Assembly: GCA_038212275.1 (NCBI GenBank) | Contig: JBBQUR010000004.1 | Location: forward strand, 96,001-160,000 | DNA: 64,000 nucleotides | Reading direction: 5' to 3' | From: Planctomycetota bacterium | GTDB taxonomy: Bacteria; Planctomycetota; B15-G4 | Part shown: positions 29,304-38,817 of the stretch, piece after piece | How the letters are laid out: the number at the start of each line of letters is the position of its first letter | How positions within the stretch are numbered: the first letter of the stretch is position 1 | Translations under genes and position numbers: made by a program | Notes under the pieces: model-generated | What the model saw: the letters and a program-made list of their open reading frames with translations, nothing else | Database searches by the model: none | What the model was told of the DNA's origin: nothing

Positions 29304-29572
29304 GGGTTGAGCACCGCAAGGCCGGCAACGAGGTCGGACAAAGGATCGTTGAGCTCGATCCAGGCCGTCGAGGAAAGCAGCGCCACGACAGACGCCGCGA
29401 GCAGCGCGCCGGCGGCGTAGTAGAGCATCGGGCGCTCGACCCCGGTCAGACGCGCCCGCACCCGCCGCGACGCGATGGAAGCGAGCACGCGGTGCGTCAC
29501 GTCGACGGAAGGCGCCTGTTCGTCGCGCGCCTTGCCGGCCAGGTCGAGGAATCTCTTCCAGCGATTGTCCAT
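29300..29572 (-). CDS. Putative single-pass anti-sigma factor
   Basis: 90 aa, one TM segment, translationally coupled between the ECF sigma and the periplasmic protein. Confidence 0.6.
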   Translation of the reverse strand: MDNRWKRFLDLAGKARDEQAPSVDVTHRVLASIASRRVRARLTGVERPMLYYAAGALLAASVVALLSSTAWIELNDPLSDLVAGLAVLNP

Positions 29573-30210
29573 CAGCGCCTTCGATCGGGGGTCGGCCCCG
29601 CAGGCATCAGCGCGGCGAGCCGGCGTCGGGCGCGATGCGCCTGCACCTTGACCATCACGCGGCTCCAGCCGGTGAGCGTCGCGATCTCCTGCACCGAGAG
29701 TCCCTCGAGGTGCAGGAGCGTGAGCACGAGCCGGTCGCGCGGCGACACGCGGGCGAGCAGTGCGTGGACGATCTCGGCGGCCTCGTTCGCAGCCGACCGG
29801 CCGTCCTCGGCGGCGGGCAGCGTGTCGAGCGTCTCGGGCGTGACACTGGTCAGCGGCCGGTGCCGCGCGGACGTCCGCCAGTGGCGGAAGCCGACCCTCG
29901 TGCCGAGCACGCGCAACCAGTGCACGAAAGGCGCATCGCCGCGAAAGCTGGCCAGACTCTGCCAGGCTTCGACGAAGGTGTCCTGCACGAGCGTCTCGTG
30001 CGTGGCGCGATCGCGCGCGAAGCGATGCATGAGTCGCCCGACCGCCTGCTGGTGCCGCTCGACGAGTCGCGCAAAGGCGCTGCCGTCACCGCGGAGGCTT
30101 GCGTCGATGTCCGTGCGATCCGCCGCATCGGCGGCGGTGTCAGCCCGCGCCGCCGTCTCGATGGTGCCGACAGTACCGCGCCGCTCCACCGCCTGACGTG
30201 CGTCGGTCAT
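29572..30210 (-). CDS. ECF RNA polymerase sigma-70 factor
   Basis: GD..AFARLVERH, LVQDTFVEAW..L..F (region 2), L.L..LEGLSVQEIA..TGWS..MVK...HRAR (region 4). Confidence 0.92.
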   Translation of the reverse strand: MTDARQAVERRGTVGTIETAARADTAADAADRTDIDASLRGDGSAFARLVERHQQAVGRLMHRFARDRATHETLVQDTFVEAWQSLASFRGDAPFVHWLRVLGTRVGFRHWRTSARHRPLTSVTPETLDTLPAAEDGRSAANEAAEIVHALLARVSPRDRLVLTLLHLEGLSVQEIATLTGWSRVMVKVQAHRARRRLAALMPAGPTPDRRR

Positions 30211-30281
30211 GGAGTGCAGGACAGCCCGCGCCGCCGCCGGAATCCAGGCGTCCAGCGGCGGGCGTGCTGCAGCGAAAGAAG

Positions 30282-30839
30282 TCAACGCTTGCCGGTCCGC
30301 TGCTCACGGAGCAGCTTGAGTTCGGCGCGCTTGTCGGAGTGCGCGGCCTTGCGCTCGGCGCGCAGTGCCTGCAGTCCCGCACTCTGCTGCGGTGTCAGGA
30401 TGCGTTGCGCCTCGGCCCGGACCGCGGCGCGCTGTTCGGCCAGCCTGCGTTCGGCAGCCGCAAGCTCCGTGGCCCGGGCGTTGAGCGCGGCGTCGTCGAC
30501 CTGCGGGGCGCGCGCCGTTTCGTGGAGCGCCTTGCGTGCGCCCTGCCGGGACTCGCGCGCGACCCGAAGCGCGTCACCGTGCTGGCTGCGCGCCTGCTTG
30601 ATCAGTTCCTTCTGGGAAGTCGTGATGCCGAGTTCCTCCACGACGCGATGGCGTTCAGCACGGCGATCAGCGTGACGTCCCGTCAGCTTGTCCGCCACGC
30701 GCTCCGCGATGCGCTTGCCGAGGCGGCCGTGCGGGGTACGCGAGTTGGCGCCGCCGCGAGAGTCCTGCGACCTGGCGTCGGTGGCCAGCGCGCCGCAGAC
30801 GAGAATGATCAGCGAGCCACAGAGCAAGGACGTCCGCAT
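30282..30839 (-). CDS. Spy/CpxP-family periplasmic chaperone-like protein
   Basis: GGAGG SD, signal peptide, LGITTSQ and ILTPQQ motifs, basic helical sequence. Confidence 0.8.
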   Translation of the reverse strand: MRTSLLCGSLIILVCGALATDARSQDSRGGANSRTPHGRLGKRIAERVADKLTGRHADRRAERHRVVEELGITTSQKELIKQARSQHGDALRVARESRQGARKALHETARAPQVDDAALNARATELAAAERRLAEQRAAVRAEAQRILTPQQSAGLQALRAERKAAHSDKRAELKLLREQRTGKR

Positions 30840-31026
30840 GAGGGCCTCCGGAGTCGGGTCGAGGGCCGGTCACCGCCGGCCCGCGCCATGAGTGTGCCGC
30901 ATGATGGAAGGGGTTACCTTAGGTGTTCCGGGTAGGGTCTTCCCCATCAGGGTGCATCCGGCTCCGTAGGGTGCGCCGTCGGGGTCTGGCACAGCACGGG
31001 AGATCACCAGCAGGTCGGGGAAATCA

Positions 31027-32175
31027 TTGCACCGGACCTCAGCCCTGGTCTGGACCGTGAGTGTCGTCCTCGCGGCCGTCCTCCTGCCGGGCGCCCTCCA
31101 GGTGCCCCAGTCAAAGCCCGCGCTGCCTCTGCCGCTGGGCCCCAGCCTGGGTCCGAACCTCGTCGACATGGCTCCGGGCGAGTTCCGCATCGTGGGACTG
31201 CCCGTCTCGCTCAATCAACCCGGGCTGTACCGATTCGGCGGCTCCCTGACGGCGTCGGCGCTGATGTCCGCGACGACGGGACCGGAAGCCTTCGGCATCG
31301 TGGTTCGCTCGAGCCACGTTACGATCGACCTCGGCGGCTTCGAACTCGTCGGCGCCACCAACATGATTTCCGGAATCGTCGCGATCGCGACGCGCGGCGA
31401 GCCGCCCCTGGTGAACCTCTGCGTGCGCCATGGAACCGTGCGGCAGTGGGGTGGCTGGGGCATTGACGCAAGCGTCGTCTCGGGCACTCGCTTTCAGGAC
31501 CTGTGCCTGCTTCGCAACGGCGGCGCGGCCAAGTCGAGCGGTGGCCTGCTTGCCGGCCTGCAGGCCACGATCACCGGTTGCCTGGCGAACTGGAACACCA
31601 GTGTCGGCATCTCGGCCGGTGACGGCTCGCTGGTCACGCAGTGCGTCACGAGCTTCAACGAGGGCACGGGCATGGCTCTCGCCCGGGCCTCGAGCGCCGT
31701 GCAGTGCAACGCGACGCAGAACACGGGCTTCGGATTCGACTCGGGCGTCGGCACCTCGCTGCAGAACTGCATGGCGGGATTGAACGGAGGCGTGGGCTTC
31801 TCGACCAGCACGGCGGCAACGCTGCGCGACTGCGATGCGTGGGGCAACAGCGTCGGCATCGCGGTGGCGGGGGACGCGCTCGTCGTCGGCAGCCACGTCG
31901 CGGACAATGGCGGCGCGGGAATCTACCTGCGCGGCGACGGCACGCGCGCGGACAGCAACCACCTCACGGGCAACGGTGTCGGCCTGATGGTGGCGGGGCG
32001 CGCCAACGTCATCGTGCGCAACAGCTTCAGCGGGAATGCGTCAGCGCTGCAACTGCCGCCAGGCAACACGAGCGGGGGGCTTTACGAGGCTCCGTCGCCC
32101 TACGCGGTGCAGCAACCCGACGCGCCTTCAGACCCGCTCGACGCGCTGCGCCCGTGGGCCAACGTCATCCACTAG
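31027..32175 (+). CDS. Secreted right-handed parallel beta-helix repeat protein
   Basis: Signal peptide, about 22-aa repeats of the form C.A..N.G.G, LPVSLNQPGLY N-cap, PWAN C-terminus. Confidence 0.8.
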   Translation: MHRTSALVWTVSVVLAAVLLPGALQVPQSKPALPLPLGPSLGPNLVDMAPGEFRIVGLPVSLNQPGLYRFGGSLTASALMSATTGPEAFGIVVRSSHVTIDLGGFELVGATNMISGIVAIATRGEPPLVNLCVRHGTVRQWGGWGIDASVVSGTRFQDLCLLRNGGAAKSSGGLLAGLQATITGCLANWNTSVGISAGDGSLVTQCVTSFNEGTGMALARASSAVQCNATQNTGFGFDSGVGTSLQNCMAGLNGGVGFSTSTAATLRDCDAWGNSVGIAVAGDALVVGSHVADNGGAGIYLRGDGTRADSNHLTGNGVGLMVAGRANVIVRNSFSGNASALQLPPGNTSGGLYEAPSPYAVQQPDAPSDPLDALRPWANVIH

Positions 32176-32176
32176 G

Positions 32177-32209
32177 GCGCGACCCGCGATCAGAGCGCGA
32201 CCCGCGATC
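32177..32209. repeat. Short direct repeat GCGCGACCCGCGATC x2
   Basis: Two identical 15-mers between the converging beta-helix gene and tRNA. Confidence 0.7.
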
Positions 32210-32247
32210 CGGGCCGCCGGTACCAACGCCCGCGGCCGTCTTCGGCG

Positions 32248-32323
32248 TGGTGGATGACAGGGGAGTTGAACCCCTGACCTCCTGATTGCGAACCAGGCGC
32301 TCTACCAACTGAGCTAGTCACCC
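32248..32323 (-). tRNA. tRNA-Ala(CGC)
   Basis: GGGTGACTAGCTCAGTTGGTAGAGCGCCTGGTTCGCAATCAGGAGGTCAGGGGTTCAACTCCCCTGTCATCCACCA; cloverleaf, anticodon CGC, G3:U70 alanine determinant, encoded CCA. Confidence 0.97.
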
Positions 32324-32345
32324 ACGTCGACCGGAAAGGGGCGCG

Positions 32346-32374
32346 ATCTTAGGCAGCGTGGCGCGTCGGGTCAA
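32346..32374 (-). promoter_or_regulatory. Sigma70 promoter of tRNA-Ala
   Basis: TTGACC-N17-TAAGAT on the minus strand, followed by a GC-rich discriminator. Confidence 0.7.
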
Positions 32375-32407
32375 CGGGCGCCGACGTGCGGATTTCCCGC
32401 TGCCGGC

Positions 32408-35400
32408 TCATGCGGCTGGCGGCGTGTCGGCGACGGGCGCGGGCCGGCGCGCCGCCAGTCGCTCGAGCGCGCCTTCGACCGCCGTGTAGAGCACCGGGAT
32501 CACCACGAGGGTGAGCAACGTCGCGACCGAGAGGCCTGCCACCACCGTCACGGCCATCGGCGAGCGCAGTTCCATGCCTTCGCCCGAGGTCATCGGCAGC
32601 CAGCCGGTGAGAGGCAGCAGGCCGAGCACCGTCGTCATCGTGGTCATGAGGATCGGGCGCAGCCGCGAATGGCAGGCGTCGACGACGGCGTCGACGAGGC
32701 GCTCTCCGTCGACGCGACGGCGGCGGTTGATCGCGTCGATGAGCACGATCGCGTTGTTGACCACGATGCCCGCGAGAATGATGCCGCCGATGAACACGAC
32801 GACCGACAGCGGGATGTCGAGCAGCCAGAGCGCCGCGACGGCGCCGGTCATCGCGAGCGGCACGGTGATCAGGATCATGAGCGGCTGCAGCAGCGACTCG
32901 AACATGGACGCCATGACGACGTAGACGAGGAAGACCGCGAGCAGCATGGCCTGCGTCATCTGCGCGAGGGCGCCGCCCATCTCGCGGCCCTGGCCGCCCA
33001 TCGCGATGCTGAGGTCGCTGCTGCGTTCGATGTCCGCGATGCGCCTGGTGATCTCGGCGCTGGCGCGCCCGATGTCGAAGCCGGAGAGCGAGGCCGAGAC
33101 GACGGCCGCGCGCTGGCCCCAGATGCGCCGGATCTCGCGCGGCCCCTCGCGCACCTCGCTGGTGGAGAGAGCCGAGAGCGTTTCGTTGCCTGCACCGCCC
33201 GGGTTGGCCGGCAGTTGCATGAGGTCTTCCAGCGACCGGAGGCCCTGCTTGTCCACCTGCACGAGGACGTCGAGCTTGTGCTCCGCGTCGGTGAAGCGCG
33301 TGGCCACCGTGCCCTGGACCATGCCGGCCACGGCGCTCGCGACGGTGCGCGTGTCGAGGCCGCGCCGGGAGAGCAGGTCGCGGTCGAAGGAGAGCATGAC
33401 CTCGGGACTGCCTGGCTGCACGCTGCTGCGCACGTCGCGCAGTCCCGGAATGCTCTGCATGACCGCTTCGACCTGCTGGGCGGACGAGGCGAGCTGCGCG
33501 AGGTCGTCGCCCTTGATCTCGACGACGATCGGCGACCGGATGGAGAAGAGCGTCGGACGCTCGAAGCGCATGTCGCGCAAGGCCGGCAGGTCGGCCATCC
33601 GTTCGCGCAGCGCCAGCATGACGCGCTCTTCGGCCGCACGCGTGTCGAGGCCGCGGCGCAGCCCGATGGAAAGCCGGGCCGTGTGCTCGCCTTCGTCGGG
33701 CTGCGTGATCTCGTCGCGCGGGACACCGATCACTGCCGCGACCCATTCCACGTCCGGCAGCGCGTCGAGCGTGTCCTCGGCCAGCCGGGCGACGGCCGAC
33801 GTGGTCTCCAGCGGTGTGCCGACCGGCAGCGAGAGGCGCGCGATGAGCTCTCCCTGATGCACCTCGGGAATCAGTTCGCTGCCGAGCGATCCTGCAGCCA
33901 TCAGCGACCAGCCGAACAGCACCACGGAGAGCGCGAGCGTGATCGCGCGCGCGGACGGCGAGACGATGATGGCACGGATGGTGATGGGGTAGACGCGCTC
34001 CAGCCGGCCATACGCGGCATGGAACAGGCGCACCGGAACCGCCATGAGCAGCAGGAAGGCCCGGACCGCCAGCCAGATGGCGAGAGCGAGGAAGCCGCCG
34101 GCCAGCGCGATCAGAGCCAGCAGCACGCGCCCGACGAGGTCGATCACCGATTGCAGCAGGACGCCCAGGCAGACGAGCGGCAGCAGCACGACGCGCCTGG
34201 GGCGGTCTCGCCAGAGGCCGATCGCGAGCGGCGCACGCAGCAGCGTGTCGCGCAGGCCGGTCACCGTGCTGCGCAGGTCGAGCACGTGCGCTCCCGTGCC
34301 CGAGCCGCGCGCCTGCAGCACGGGAGCCAGATAAAGCGCCACGAGCAGCGAAGCCATGAGCGACACGACGACGGTGAGCGCCTGGTCCTTGAACACCTGG
34401 CCGGCGATGCCCTCGACGAAGATGATCGGTGCGAACACGGCGACGGTGGTGAGCGTGGAGGCCGTGACCGCCATGGCCACCTCGCGCACGCCGTTCACCG
34501 CCGCGTCGAGCCGGCTCTGGCCCCGCTCGCGGCAGGCCTCGATGGACTCGAGCACGACGATCGCGTTGTCCACGAGCATGCCGATGCCGAGCGCAAGGCC
34601 GCCCAGCGACATGACGTTCAGCGAGGTGCCTGACAGGAAGAGCGGCGAGAAGCTCACGAGCACGGAGACGGGAATGGACAGCGCGATGATGAGCGTAGGG
34701 CCGAGCCGTCGCAGGAAAAGGAAGAGCACGAGAATCGAGAGCAGCGCGCCTTCGAGGCCGGCCTCGTTCACTTCGGCCAGCGCGCTGGCGATGAAGCGCG
34801 ACTGGTCCGAGAGCAGGTGCACGGTGACGTCGGCGGGCAGGTCCGCGGCCAGGTAGGCGAAGGCGGCGTCACGCTCGCGCTGCGCGGACTTCAGGGAGGC
34901 GAGTTCCTGCGACAGGGAAATGTCGAGCTCCACTTCCGCAGTGGTGCGCGTGTCGGGCGCGTCGCCACCGGGGCGATCTCCCGGCCCGCCCTCGGCGTCG
35001 AAGGACTGCGCCACGGAGATGCGCTGCATCGCGGCCTGCAGCGCGGGGTCTGCCGCGACGCGGGCGCGGAAGGCCGCCATGCCCTCGATGGGGTCGGGTG
35101 TCTCTCCGGCACGCAGCTTTGCGACCCATGCGCGCATCGAGGCATCGCCGAACAGGCCGTCGCGCACGCGCCCGGCGAGCTCCACGATGTTCGCGTCCGC
35201 TTCCTTGAAGATCTGCAGCTCGACGCTGTCGTGTCCATCGATGCGCGTGATGACATCGCGCTCGCGGGTGGTGCGCGTCACCTCGGCCACGTCTTCCAGG
35301 CGCACGACGGAGTCGTCCTCGCGGAAGAGGATCGTGCGCGCGATGTCCTCGGGGCGGCGGTACTCGTTGAGGATGCGGACGAGGTACTCGGTGTCGCCCT

Positions 35401-36088
35401 CGAGCACGGTGCCGCTGGCAAGGTTCACGTTCTCGAGCGAAAGGCGCGCGGCGATGTCGGCCGGACGCAGGCCCCACGTGGCCAGTCGCTCGGGTCGCAG
35501 GCGCACCTGGATCTCGTCCTGCAGGCCGCCACGCACGTGCACCGCAGCGACGCCTTCGATCGAGGAGATGGCGACGGAGAGGCGATCTTCCGCCAGCCGC
35601 CGCAGTTCGACGAGGTCGCGCCCGCCCGTGAGGCCGATGACGAGGATGGGGTCGAGCGTCGGGTCGTAGCGCAGGATGATCGGCGTGTCGACCTCGAGCG
35701 GCAGGTTGGTGCGGTCGAGGCGCTCGCGGATGTCCTGGATCGCGTAGGTGAGCTGCGTGCCCCAGGAAAACTCCAGCGTGACGTCGGCGAGTCCCGCGCG
35801 CGAGATGGACGAGATGGACTCCAGCCGCGGCAGGATGGAGAGGGCCTCGTGCAGCCGCTTGGTGACGCGCTCCTCGACATCCTCCGGCGCCGCGCCGGGG
35901 TAGCTCGCGCGCACCGTGACGGTGGGGTAGCTGATGTCGGGCAGCAGGCTCATGGGCAGCCTCTGCAGCGACTGCCAGCCGAAGGCCAGCAGGGTGACGA
36001 AGGCCATCATGACCGCGACGGGGCGCTGGCAGAGGAAGCCGAACACGCCACCCGGCCGAGCGGTCGCCTCCGGTTCCGGAGCGCTCAA
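32408..36088 (-). CDS. RND efflux transporter permease (AcrB/AcrD/AcrF family)
   Basis: LLPDISYP, GMLVDNAIVVLE, GIVVNNAIVL, SRLRPILMTT; TTG start overlaps the MFP stop. Confidence 0.93.
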   Translation of the reverse strand: MSAPEPEATARPGGVFGFLCQRPVAVMMAFVTLLAFGWQSLQRLPMSLLPDISYPTVTVRASYPGAAPEDVEERVTKRLHEALSILPRLESISSISRAGLADVTLEFSWGTQLTYAIQDIRERLDRTNLPLEVDTPIILRYDPTLDPILVIGLTGGRDLVELRRLAEDRLSVAISSIEGVAAVHVRGGLQDEIQVRLRPERLATWGLRPADIAARLSLENVNLASGTVLEGDTEYLVRILNEYRRPEDIARTILFREDDSVVRLEDVAEVTRTTRERDVITRIDGHDSVELQIFKEADANIVELAGRVRDGLFGDASMRAWVAKLRAGETPDPIEGMAAFRARVAADPALQAAMQRISVAQSFDAEGGPGDRPGGDAPDTRTTAEVELDISLSQELASLKSAQRERDAAFAYLAADLPADVTVHLLSDQSRFIASALAEVNEAGLEGALLSILVLFLFLRRLGPTLIIALSIPVSVLVSFSPLFLSGTSLNVMSLGGLALGIGMLVDNAIVVLESIEACRERGQSRLDAAVNGVREVAMAVTASTLTTVAVFAPIIFVEGIAGQVFKDQALTVVVSLMASLLVALYLAPVLQARGSGTGAHVLDLRSTVTGLRDTLLRAPLAIGLWRDRPRRVVLLPLVCLGVLLQSVIDLVGRVLLALIALAGGFLALAIWLAVRAFLLLMAVPVRLFHAAYGRLERVYPITIRAIIVSPSARAITLALSVVLFGWSLMAAGSLGSELIPEVHQGELIARLSLPVGTPLETTSAVARLAEDTLDALPDVEWVAAVIGVPRDEITQPDEGEHTARLSIGLRRGLDTRAAEERVMLALRERMADLPALRDMRFERPTLFSIRSPIVVEIKGDDLAQLASSAQQVEAVMQSIPGLRDVRSSVQPGSPEVMLSFDRDLLSRRGLDTRTVASAVAGMVQGTVATRFTDAEHKLDVLVQVDKQGLRSLEDLMQLPANPGGAGNETLSALSTSEVREGPREIRRIWGQRAAVVSASLSGFDIGRASAEITRRIADIERSSDLSIAMGGQGREMGGALAQMTQAMLLAVFLVYVVMASMFESLLQPLMILITVPLAMTGAVAALWLLDIPLSVVVFIGGIILAGIVVNNAIVLIDAINRRRRVDGERLVDAVVDACHSRLRPILMTTMTTVLGLLPLTGWLPMTSGEGMELRSPMAVTVVAGLSVATLLTLVVIPVLYTAVEGALERLAARRPAPVADTPPAA

Positions 36089-37416
36089 AACGCTTCCTCG
36101 ACCACCTTCACGGTCGCGCCGTCCTTGAGGTTCTCCTGGCCGACCACGACCACGCGCAGGTCGGCGGGCAGAGGCACGCCCTCCGCGTCGCCGAGCAGCT
36201 CGACCTGGCTCGAGGTGCTCGCACCCGCGCGGAAGAGAATCTTGCGCACGCGCACCTCGGTCGCCTCGGCGCCGCCCACGGCAGCGACACCTGCGTCCGT
36301 CGCGTCGGTGCGGGTGTCGATCGCGAAGAGCACCGGTTGATCGTCCTCGTAGATCACCGCGCGCTTGGAAACGAGAAGCGCATCGTTGCGCGCAGCCGTC
36401 ACGATGTGCGCCTCGCAGAAGAGGCCGGGCACGAGACCTTCGGCGGCTTCCAGGTCCACCGTCACGCGCACCGTGCCGGTGGCCTGGTCGAGCACGGGAT
36501 TCACGGTGCGCACGACGCCGTGGAAGACCGTGCCGGCGCCGGTCACCGGCAGCACATCCACGGGTTGATCGCGCTGCAGGCGGGCGAGGCTGTCCTGGGG
36601 CACGCGCAGGTTCAGCACCAGGTCCGCCGTGTCCACGATCGTGAAGATCGAGGTGCCGGCGTTGACGAGTTCGCCCATGCTGATGTGCCGTTCCGCGACC
36701 ACGCCCGACGTGGGCGAGCGGATCTGCGTGTACTCGAGACTGGTCTTCGCCCGCTCCGCCTCGATCTCGGCCTTGCGCAGAGCGATCTTGGCGAGGTCGA
36801 GCGAGACGTGGCTGCTGCGTTCCGAGAAGCGCTGCAGGTCCAGCTCATCGGCGGCCTTGTCGGCGGCCAGGCGCGCGTCATCGACTTCCTTGCGATTCAC
36901 GAGGTCGCCGAGGCCGGAAAGTCGCATGAGGTCGTCGGCGCTCTTGGCTGCGCTGCGCTCGGCGGACTTCACGCGCTGCTTGCCTTCCTCCACGGTCAGC
37001 TCGCTGCGCTCGACCGTGCCGTTCGCTTCCTCCAGCGCCGCCTCCGCGGTCTGCACCGCGAGCTGCAGATCCGTGTCGAAGAGCGACAGCAGCAGCTCGC
37101 CGGCCGCCACCGCGTCGCCTTCTTCCTTGGCGATCATCGTGACCGCGAGGCCCGAGAGCTTGGGGAAGATGGTGACGGAGGTCCGCGTGGCGACCTTGGC
37201 CGAAACGATCACTTCGTCGCGCACGGGTCCGCGCACCAGCGGCTCGACGACCACGAGCGTGGTGCGGCTGGCGTCCCGTCCGCCTGCCATCGAGCGCCCG
37301 GACGTGGTCGCAGGCGTGTTCGATCCGGCGGCTTCGCTGCAGCCCCCGGACGCGAAGACGAGCAGCGGAAGCGATGCCACGCAGGCGCGTCGCAGGATGG
37401 CGGTCGTCGACAGCAT
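36085..37416 (-). CDS. RND periplasmic adaptor (membrane fusion protein), probable lipoprotein
   Basis: Lipobox-like SGGC, lipoyl halves EEGD.V..G and IRSP.SG.V, coiled coil, NPVLD..TGTV, LVPG.F; start uncertain. Confidence 0.88.
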   Translation of the reverse strand: MLSTTAILRRACVASLPLLVFASGGCSEAAGSNTPATTSGRSMAGGRDASRTTLVVVEPLVRGPVRDEVIVSAKVATRTSVTIFPKLSGLAVTMIAKEEGDAVAAGELLLSLFDTDLQLAVQTAEAALEEANGTVERSELTVEEGKQRVKSAERSAAKSADDLMRLSGLGDLVNRKEVDDARLAADKAADELDLQRFSERSSHVSLDLAKIALRKAEIEAERAKTSLEYTQIRSPTSGVVAERHISMGELVNAGTSIFTIVDTADLVLNLRVPQDSLARLQRDQPVDVLPVTGAGTVFHGVVRTVNPVLDQATGTVRVTVDLEAAEGLVPGLFCEAHIVTAARNDALLVSKRAVIYEDDQPVLFAIDTRTDATDAGVAAVGGAEATEVRVRKILFRAGASTSSQVELLGDAEGVPLPADLRVVVVGQENLKDGATVKVVEEAF

Positions 37417-37515
37417 CGCGGCAGTCCGGCGTGGGCGGCGTGGCGGGGGAGCGGCGCGTGGAGGATACGAGCCACGCACGTGCCGACGGCCCGGGCCGTA
37501 TGGTACGCCACCCTC

Positions 37516-38817
37516 ATGTCACTCCTCACCGGATCCGCGGACGGACCGAGCACGATGCCGACGATCCGGCAGGCTCGCGCGCGCGTGCTCGAACACGCCC
37601 GGCCGAGCGCGGAGCGCCCGCTACCGACCGAACTCGTGTCGATCCGCCACGCGGTCGGTCGAGTGCTCGCGCAGCCCGTCGTCGCGGACACCGACCTGCC
37701 GCCCTTCGACCGCGTGATGATGGACGGCTACGCGGTGCGCGCGGCCGAGGCGCAGCCGGGGGCGCGCCTGCCTCTGCAGGGCGAGGTGGCGGCGGGGGAC
37801 GCCGGCGATGTCCCGCTGAAGCCGGGGCACGCGCTGGCCATCATGACCGGTGCGCCGCTGCCGCCGGGCGCCGACGCGGTCGTTCCCGTCGAATGGACCG
37901 AGCTCGGGCCCGAGAGTGCGGCCGAGGGCCATGGATCGGGACGCAAGGAAGCCGGCGAGGTGACGCGCTCTGTGCACTTCCGGCGCGGCGTGAACCTCCG
38001 CCAGCACGTGGCGCGTCGCGCCGAGGACCTGACCGAGGGGCAGGTCGTCGCCCGCACGGGTGAACGCGTGACGACGCTCTCGCTGTCGCTGCTCATCGCG
38101 GCCGGCGCGGGACAGGTGTGCGTGGTGCGACGCCCGCGCGTGGCTCTGCTCACCACCGGCAACGAACTGGTGCCGCCCGGAACTCCGCTGCGCCGCGGAC
38201 AGATCCGTGAAAGCAACGGGCCGGCGCTTGCCACGCTGCTCGCCGATGCCGGTGCCGAAGTGACCGACCTCGGCGTGGCGCGCGACACCCGCGCCGCGCT
38301 GGATGCCAGCCTGGCGTGCGCCCTCGACGCGGACATCGTCGTGCTCACGGGAGGCGCGTCCGTCGGAGCCTACGACTTCACCGAAGAGGCGCTGCTGGCT
38401 CGGGGCGCGCAGCGACAATTCGGCAAGCTGTCGGTGAAGCCCGGCAAGCCGACGCTCTTCCTCACGCGCGGACAGCAGCTCTGCTTCGGCCTGCCCGGCA
38501 ATCCGGTGGCGGCGCTCATGACCGGGCGCGTGCTGGTCTGCGCCGCGATCGCCGCACGCGCGGGCGCCGTGCCGGAGGACTGGACGCATCGCGCGCACCC
38601 GCTGGCCGGTCCGGTGCGCCGCGCGGCCGAGCGCGACCAGCTCCTGCCGATGGCCCTGCGCGACGGCGCGCTCGTCTTCGAAGGCTGGCACGGTTCGGGC
38701 GACCTGTCGTGCATGGCGCGCGCCGAGGGCTTCGCCTTCGTGGCGCGCGGTGAAGGCAGTGCACCCGCCGGCGAGAGCGCAGACTGGTTTCCGCTGCCCG
38801 TGCCGGCAGCCTGGTGA
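37516..38817 (+). CDS. moeA: Molybdopterin molybdotransferase
   Basis: PPFDRVMMDGYA, IMTGAPLP.GADAVVPVE, TGNEL, TGGASVG.YD, KPGKP, GLPGNP. Confidence 0.94.
   Translation: MSLLTGSADGPSTMPTIRQARARVLEHARPSAERPLPTELVSIRHAVGRVLAQPVVADTDLPPFDRVMMDGYAVRAAEAQPGARLPLQGEVAAGDAGDVPLKPGHALAIMTGAPLPPGADAVVPVEWTELGPESAAEGHGSGRKEAGEVTRSVHFRRGVNLRQHVARRAEDLTEGQVVARTGERVTTLSLSLLIAAGAGQVCVVRRPRVALLTTGNELVPPGTPLRRGQIRESNGPALATLLADAGAEVTDLGVARDTRAALDASLACALDADIVVLTGGASVGAYDFTEEALLARGAQRQFGKLSVKPGKPTLFLTRGQQLCFGLPGNPVAALMTGRVLVCAAIAARAGAVPEDWTHRAHPLAGPVRRAAERDQLLPMALRDGALVFEGWHGSGDLSCMARAEGFAFVARGEGSAPAGESADWFPLPVPAAW

Noticed and set aside
26046..32323. Genomic island integrated at tRNA-Ala
   Set aside because: No integrase, no duplicate of the tRNA 3' end found by eye, and no clear compositional shift
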